From a bacterium (GTDB taxonomy: Bacteria; Krumholzibacteriota; Krumholzibacteriia; LZORAL124-64-63), in the NCBI GenBank assembly GCA_031441465.1, contig JANOEP010000069.1, positions 1-20,586 of the forward strand: a stretch of DNA of 20,586 bases. Direction: 5' to 3'. The first letter of the stretch is position 1. Each line of letters begins with the position of its first letter. Below are positions 17,278 through 20,586 of this stretch, piece after piece. The notes under the pieces are model-generated. The model made no database searches. It worked only from the letters and a program-made list of their open reading frames with translations, and had not been told where the DNA came from. The position numbers and the translations under genes are program-made.

Positions 17278-18519
17278 ATGCAGCTGCCGCAGGTCGGGAC
17301 CAATCCGCACTGGACGGGGTACGCCTGCGGGTTGTGCGGCAGGGCGCACCCGACGGACCACCGCGGCTTCGTGTGCGCCGGCTGCGGCGACGAGGGCATC
17401 CTCGACGCGACCTACGACTACGCGGCGATCCGCGCCGGCCTGCCCGACGGCGACCCCTTTCCGGCGCGGGGCCGGCCGGACCTCTGGCGCTACGCCGCGC
17501 TGCTGCCGCTGCAACCGGTGGCGCCCCACGCCTGCTGGTCGCTCGGCGACACGCCGCTGCACGCCCCGCACCGCCTGCGCGAACACCTCGGCCTGCCCCA
17601 CCTGCTGCTGAAGGACGACACCGCGCTGCCGTCGGCCAGTCTGAAGGACCGCGCCACGGCCATGGCGATGGCCGACTGCGCCCGCCTGGGCGTCGCGCAC
17701 GTGGCCGCCGCCTCGACGGGCAACGCCGCCGCCAGCCTCGCGGTGCTGGCGGCGCGCGCGGGCGTGCGCACGACGATCTTCGTGCCGGCCGCGGCGCCGC
17801 GGGCCAAGCTGGCCCAGCTCGAGCTGCACGGCGCCGAGGTCCGCCGCATCGACGGCACCTACGACGAGGCCTTCGACCTGTCCGTCCAGGAAACGCGGGC
17901 GCACGGTTGGTACTCCCGCAACTGCGCCTACAACCCGCTGCTGGTGGAGGGCAAGAAGACCTGCGCCCTGGAGATCGCCCACGCCCTGGATTTCCGGGCG
18001 CCCGACGCGGTGTTCGTGCCGACGGGCGACGGCTGCATCGTGTCGTCGACCGCCAAGGCCTTCCACGAGCTGGCGGAGGTCGGTCGCCTGGACCGCGTGC
18101 CGGCCGTGTTCGGCGTGCAGGCCGCGGGCGCCGCGCCGCTGTGCCGCGCCTGGCGGGAAGCCGGCGCGCGGGCCGCCGCGCTCACGCCGCGCGAGGTGCT
18201 GGCCGCCGTCGCGCCGGTCACGCCCGCGACCATCGCCGATTCGATCAGCGTGGGCGTCCCGCGCAACCGACTGAAGGCGTGGAAATACGTCGGGCGCAGC
18301 GGGGGCGGCTTCCTCGCCGTCGAGGACGAGGCGATCCGCGAGGCCATCCGCCTGCTGGCCCGACTCGCCGGCGTCTGGGCCGAACCGTCGGGGGCGGCGG
18401 GCTTCGCCGGCCTGTTGCTGGCCCGCGCGCAGGGGCTGATCGGGCCGCACGACAAGACCGTGGTGCTGGTCACGGGGCACGGGCTGAAGGATCCGCTGGC
18501 GGGGGTCCGGACGGATTAG
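17278..18519 (+). CDS. Threonine-synthase-like fold-type II PLP enzyme with N-terminal CxxC...CxxC, 413 aa
   Basis: CGLC...CAGC, LWRY, LGDTPL, PLP lysine in PSASLKDR, ASTGNAA, VEGKKT, VPTGDG, EPSGAAG and TGHGLKD. Starts 16 nt after the carbamoyltransferase; GGGAG RBS. Confidence 0.85.
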   Translation: MQLPQVGTNPHWTGYACGLCGRAHPTDHRGFVCAGCGDEGILDATYDYAAIRAGLPDGDPFPARGRPDLWRYAALLPLQPVAPHACWSLGDTPLHAPHRLREHLGLPHLLLKDDTALPSASLKDRATAMAMADCARLGVAHVAAASTGNAAASLAVLAARAGVRTTIFVPAAAPRAKLAQLELHGAEVRRIDGTYDEAFDLSVQETRAHGWYSRNCAYNPLLVEGKKTCALEIAHALDFRAPDAVFVPTGDGCIVSSTAKAFHELAEVGRLDRVPAVFGVQAAGAAPLCRAWREAGARAAALTPREVLAAVAPVTPATIADSISVGVPRNRLKAWKYVGRSGGGFLAVEDEAIREAIRLLARLAGVWAEPSGAAGFAGLLLARAQGLIGPHDKTVVLVTGHGLKDPLAGVRTD

Positions 18520-18564
18520 CCGCGCGCCCACGCGTCGTTCCCTGCTTCCAGGACTCTACATGTC

Positions 18565-19911
18565 TCAGCCCTGGCGCCGTTTATTCCGTTCGATCAAACC
18601 CACCACCACGAACGACAAGACGACGACCCCGGCGATCCCGATGACGAAGGGCCGCGCCGGTGCGCCGCTTCGCCGCTGGAACGGCTCGCCGAACCGCGCA
18701 TTGGGCCGGAAGTAAGCCTCCCCGTGCCGGTAGTCGAGGATCGTGTTGAAGCGCGCCAGCACCTCCAGGCACAGCACGCCGCCGGGCGGCGCCTGGTTGC
18801 CGGCTGAGGGCAGCTCCATATGGACCGGCACGTTCGGCAGGGAGAACCCCGCGATCACGAGTTCCGGCACCAGCACGACCTCGTTGCGGATCACCGCGCT
18901 GCCCACCCCGCGCGAGGCGCTCTTCCCGAGCACCCGCATCGCGCCGGGCAGACCGTGGGCCGCCGAGAAAGCCTGGTTGACGATCATGGTCCCCGTACCG
19001 GCGGTGTCCAGGACGAACAACCCGGCCTCCCTCTTCTCCCCGGCGACCAGGACGGTCTCCACCGCCGTGAGCGGGCCCGCGTACGGCATCGCGGTCTTCG
19101 CATATCCGGCCGACTTCGCGGGCAACTCGTCGTGGACGATCATGATCATGCGGTCGTAATCGATTTCGACCACCTTGCCCAGGAAAAGCGGCCAGCCGAC
19201 GATCCCGTCGGCCCGGTCGGCCTGCCTCTCCACCGCGATGAGCGGTTCGTGGTCCCACCGCAGCCCCGCGATGTCGAGCCGGTTGTCGCTGGCGGTCCGC
19301 CGTTCCGTCGAGCCGCCGGTCCCGGCGTTGATCGTCGTGCCGTCGAGCCGCAGTTCGGCTCCCTTGTCCAACGCGGACGGGTACAGGGCACAGCTTTCCG
19401 CCCCGGTGTCGAAGATGAGGTTCAGCGGCCCGGAACCGTTGATCGTGCCGACGACGTTCAGTTTGCCATTCTTGATCGAGATCGGGATGGTGTCGGGGCC
19501 GGCCGTGCGCGGGCCGAGCCGTTCGTATGCCTGCATCATCGTCGAGATTCGCGTGCGGCAGGAGTCCCGGCCCCCGAGCAGGACCGTGAAGTCGTAGGTG
19601 CGGCCGGGCAGGACGTCGAAGGAGAGCGAGTCGACGTCCGAGATGAACGTCACACGCTTCGCGGCGGTCGTCCTCAGCGCGGCGTAGACGTCGAGCGCGG
19701 CCGCGGGATCGACGACCCAGACGCCCTTCTGGAGACGGTCGCCGTCGCGGACGTCCACGGTCCCGGAATTCGCCGGGAGCACCGGCGGCGCCGCCCGGGC
19801 CGCGACGGCCGCCGTCACCAGGAACAACACCGGCAACCAGACGAACCGGCCATCCGCACGCCAGTGTCGAAGTGGCCACTGGGTCCGAGCTGCGGTGTTG
19901 CGCCATCGCAT
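18565..19911 (-). CDS. Retropepsin-like aspartic protease with two protease lobes and C-terminal membrane anchor, about 448 aa
   Basis: Lobe 1 has IFDTGA...DGIVG and lobe 2 has VLDTAG...GGVLC. Hydrophobic signal segment FVWLPVLFLVTAAVAARA; C-terminal FVIGIAGVVVLSFVVVGLI-ERNKRR. ATG 19911 preceded by GAGGGGG. Confidence 0.8.
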   Translation of the reverse strand: MRWRNTAARTQWPLRHWRADGRFVWLPVLFLVTAAVAARAAPPVLPANSGTVDVRDGDRLQKGVWVVDPAAALDVYAALRTTAAKRVTFISDVDSLSFDVLPGRTYDFTVLLGGRDSCRTRISTMMQAYERLGPRTAGPDTIPISIKNGKLNVVGTINGSGPLNLIFDTGAESCALYPSALDKGAELRLDGTTINAGTGGSTERRTASDNRLDIAGLRWDHEPLIAVERQADRADGIVGWPLFLGKVVEIDYDRMIMIVHDELPAKSAGYAKTAMPYAGPLTAVETVLVAGEKREAGLFVLDTAGTGTMIVNQAFSAAHGLPGAMRVLGKSASRGVGSAVIRNEVVLVPELVIAGFSLPNVPVHMELPSAGNQAPPGGVLCLEVLARFNTILDYRHGEAYFRPNARFGEPFQRRSGAPARPFVIGIAGVVVLSFVVVGLIERNKRRQG

Positions 19912-19950
19912 CAGGATACCCCCTCGAAGGAAAGACCACGGAACAGCGAG

Positions 19951-19978
19951 CCCGGCGAGGGCGTCAGCCTCCGCCGGG
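19951..19978 (-). other. Intergenic GC-rich stem-loop between the DUF1697 gene and the aspartic protease gene
   Basis: Minus-strand RNA CCCGGCGGAGGC-UGAC-GCCCUCGCCGGG forms a 12-position stem with one G-U pair and one A-C mismatch, 10 nt after the DUF1697 stop. No adjacent U tract. Confidence 0.5.
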
Positions 19979-19988
19979 GCGCGACGAT

Positions 19989-20537
19989 TCAAGCAGTCCG
20001 AGCGCCGCCGTCGGCAGCTGCCTGGATTTTGATTGCGGTGGCCCAGTTGCGGGTCGTGGCGGCCTCTCCCGTGAGGCGCGTGAAGACCTTGACGAGCTCG
20101 CTGTCGGCGACTCCGCCCGCGCACCAAAGGTAAGCCGCCAGCTTCCCGAGGGCGAAGGCCTCGGGAGACCACGATCGCGCCAGCAGCGGCCCAGCCGCTT
20201 GCAAGGCATCCGGATCCTGCAAGAAGGCCACCAGGTGCCGCGATGGGTCGTCTACCATGTCGCGCAGGGGATTCTCCCCGAGGATGGCCGCGAGATCCGC
20301 CGCACCGATCACGACCACCGGCACCGAGAAGCCGAACTCACGTTCGATCGCCGACCGGATGGCCCGCGCGTGCCCGGCGGCGTCCGGACTCTCCGTCGTG
20401 AAGACGACGTTGCCGCTGTTGAGCAGCGTGCTGACGTCGGCGTAGCCGAGGCTTTCGACCAGGCGCCTCAGGTCCGCCATGGCGACGCGCTTGGCGCGGC
20501 CGACGTTGACGCCGCGCAGCAGGGCGACGCACCTCAT
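19989..20537 (-). CDS. DUF1697 family protein, 182 aa
   Basis: Signature VALLRGVNVG...MADLR...LGY.DV.TLLNSGNVVF, ENP and TTRNWAT..K. Start ATG 20537 (GTG at 20540 or 20549 also possible). Confidence 0.9.
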   Translation of the reverse strand: MRCVALLRGVNVGRAKRVAMADLRRLVESLGYADVSTLLNSGNVVFTTESPDAAGHARAIRSAIEREFGFSVPVVVIGAADLAAILGENPLRDMVDDPSRHLVAFLQDPDALQAAGPLLARSWSPEAFALGKLAAYLWCAGGVADSELVKVFTRLTGEAATTRNWATAIKIQAAADGGARTA

Positions 20538-20586
20538 CACGATCGCCACCCCGCCGGGGATTTCAGCGGCGTTCCGCGGCCGGGGG

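Noticed and set aside
13643..18519. Selenocysteine recoding in the 'selenium metabolism-linked' genes
   Set aside because: No in-frame TGA interrupts any of these ORFs, and they end at family-typical positions.
124..20532. Numerous other long overlapping ORFs rich in Arg/Pro/Gly/Ala (e.g. 124-1509, 1426-3210, 5380-7107, 13406-15121, 18581-19939)
   Set aside because: These are alternative-frame or antisense artefacts of GC-rich coding DNA; each overlaps a gene with clear family motifs.
20550..20586. Possible 3' end of an upstream minus-strand gene (e.g. ...PPAAERR* ending at 20563)
   Set aside because: Too little sequence to determine frame or identity.
1..20586. tRNA, rRNA, CRISPR array, integron attC sites, known riboswitches
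   Set aside because: Intergenic spaces are short (at most about 210 nt) and I saw no such patterns by eye; a covariance-model search was not possible.

Overview
High-GC bacterial genomic window, densely coding, with 16 complete CDS plus the cut-off 5' end of an IS630-family insertion sequence at the left edge. Left to right: IS630 end and transposase start (-); 8-oxoguanine-deaminase-like amidohydrolase (+); non-phosphorylating GAPDH (GapN)-like aldehyde dehydrogenase (-); secreted enterochelin-esterase-like hydrolase (+); a minus-strand trio (iodotyrosine-deiodinase-like flavoprotein, stand-alone NFACT-R/DUF814 protein, secreted tricorn protease); a translationally coupled GldA/GldF/GldG/DUF4340-type ABC exporter operon ending in an intrinsic terminator (+); a compact ssnA-ygeY-ygeW-like operon of the anaerobic purine/urate ring-degradation type (+); then a two-domain retropepsin-like aspartic protease with a C-terminal membrane anchor and a DUF1697 protein (both -). 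The most interesting element is the purine operon: the usual diaminopropionate ammonia-lyase (ygeX/dpaL) is absent from the window, and in its place is a threonine-synthase-fold PLP enzyme that appears to lack the phosphohomoserine phosphate-binding Ser/Arg. It sits next to a short, knotted-type carbamoyltransferase with HPLP in place of HCLP. All family calls come from motif recognition by eye, with no database search. Start codons were re-chosen using ribosome-binding sites and gene overlaps. The many long overlapping ORFs in the track are GC-rich shadow frames.
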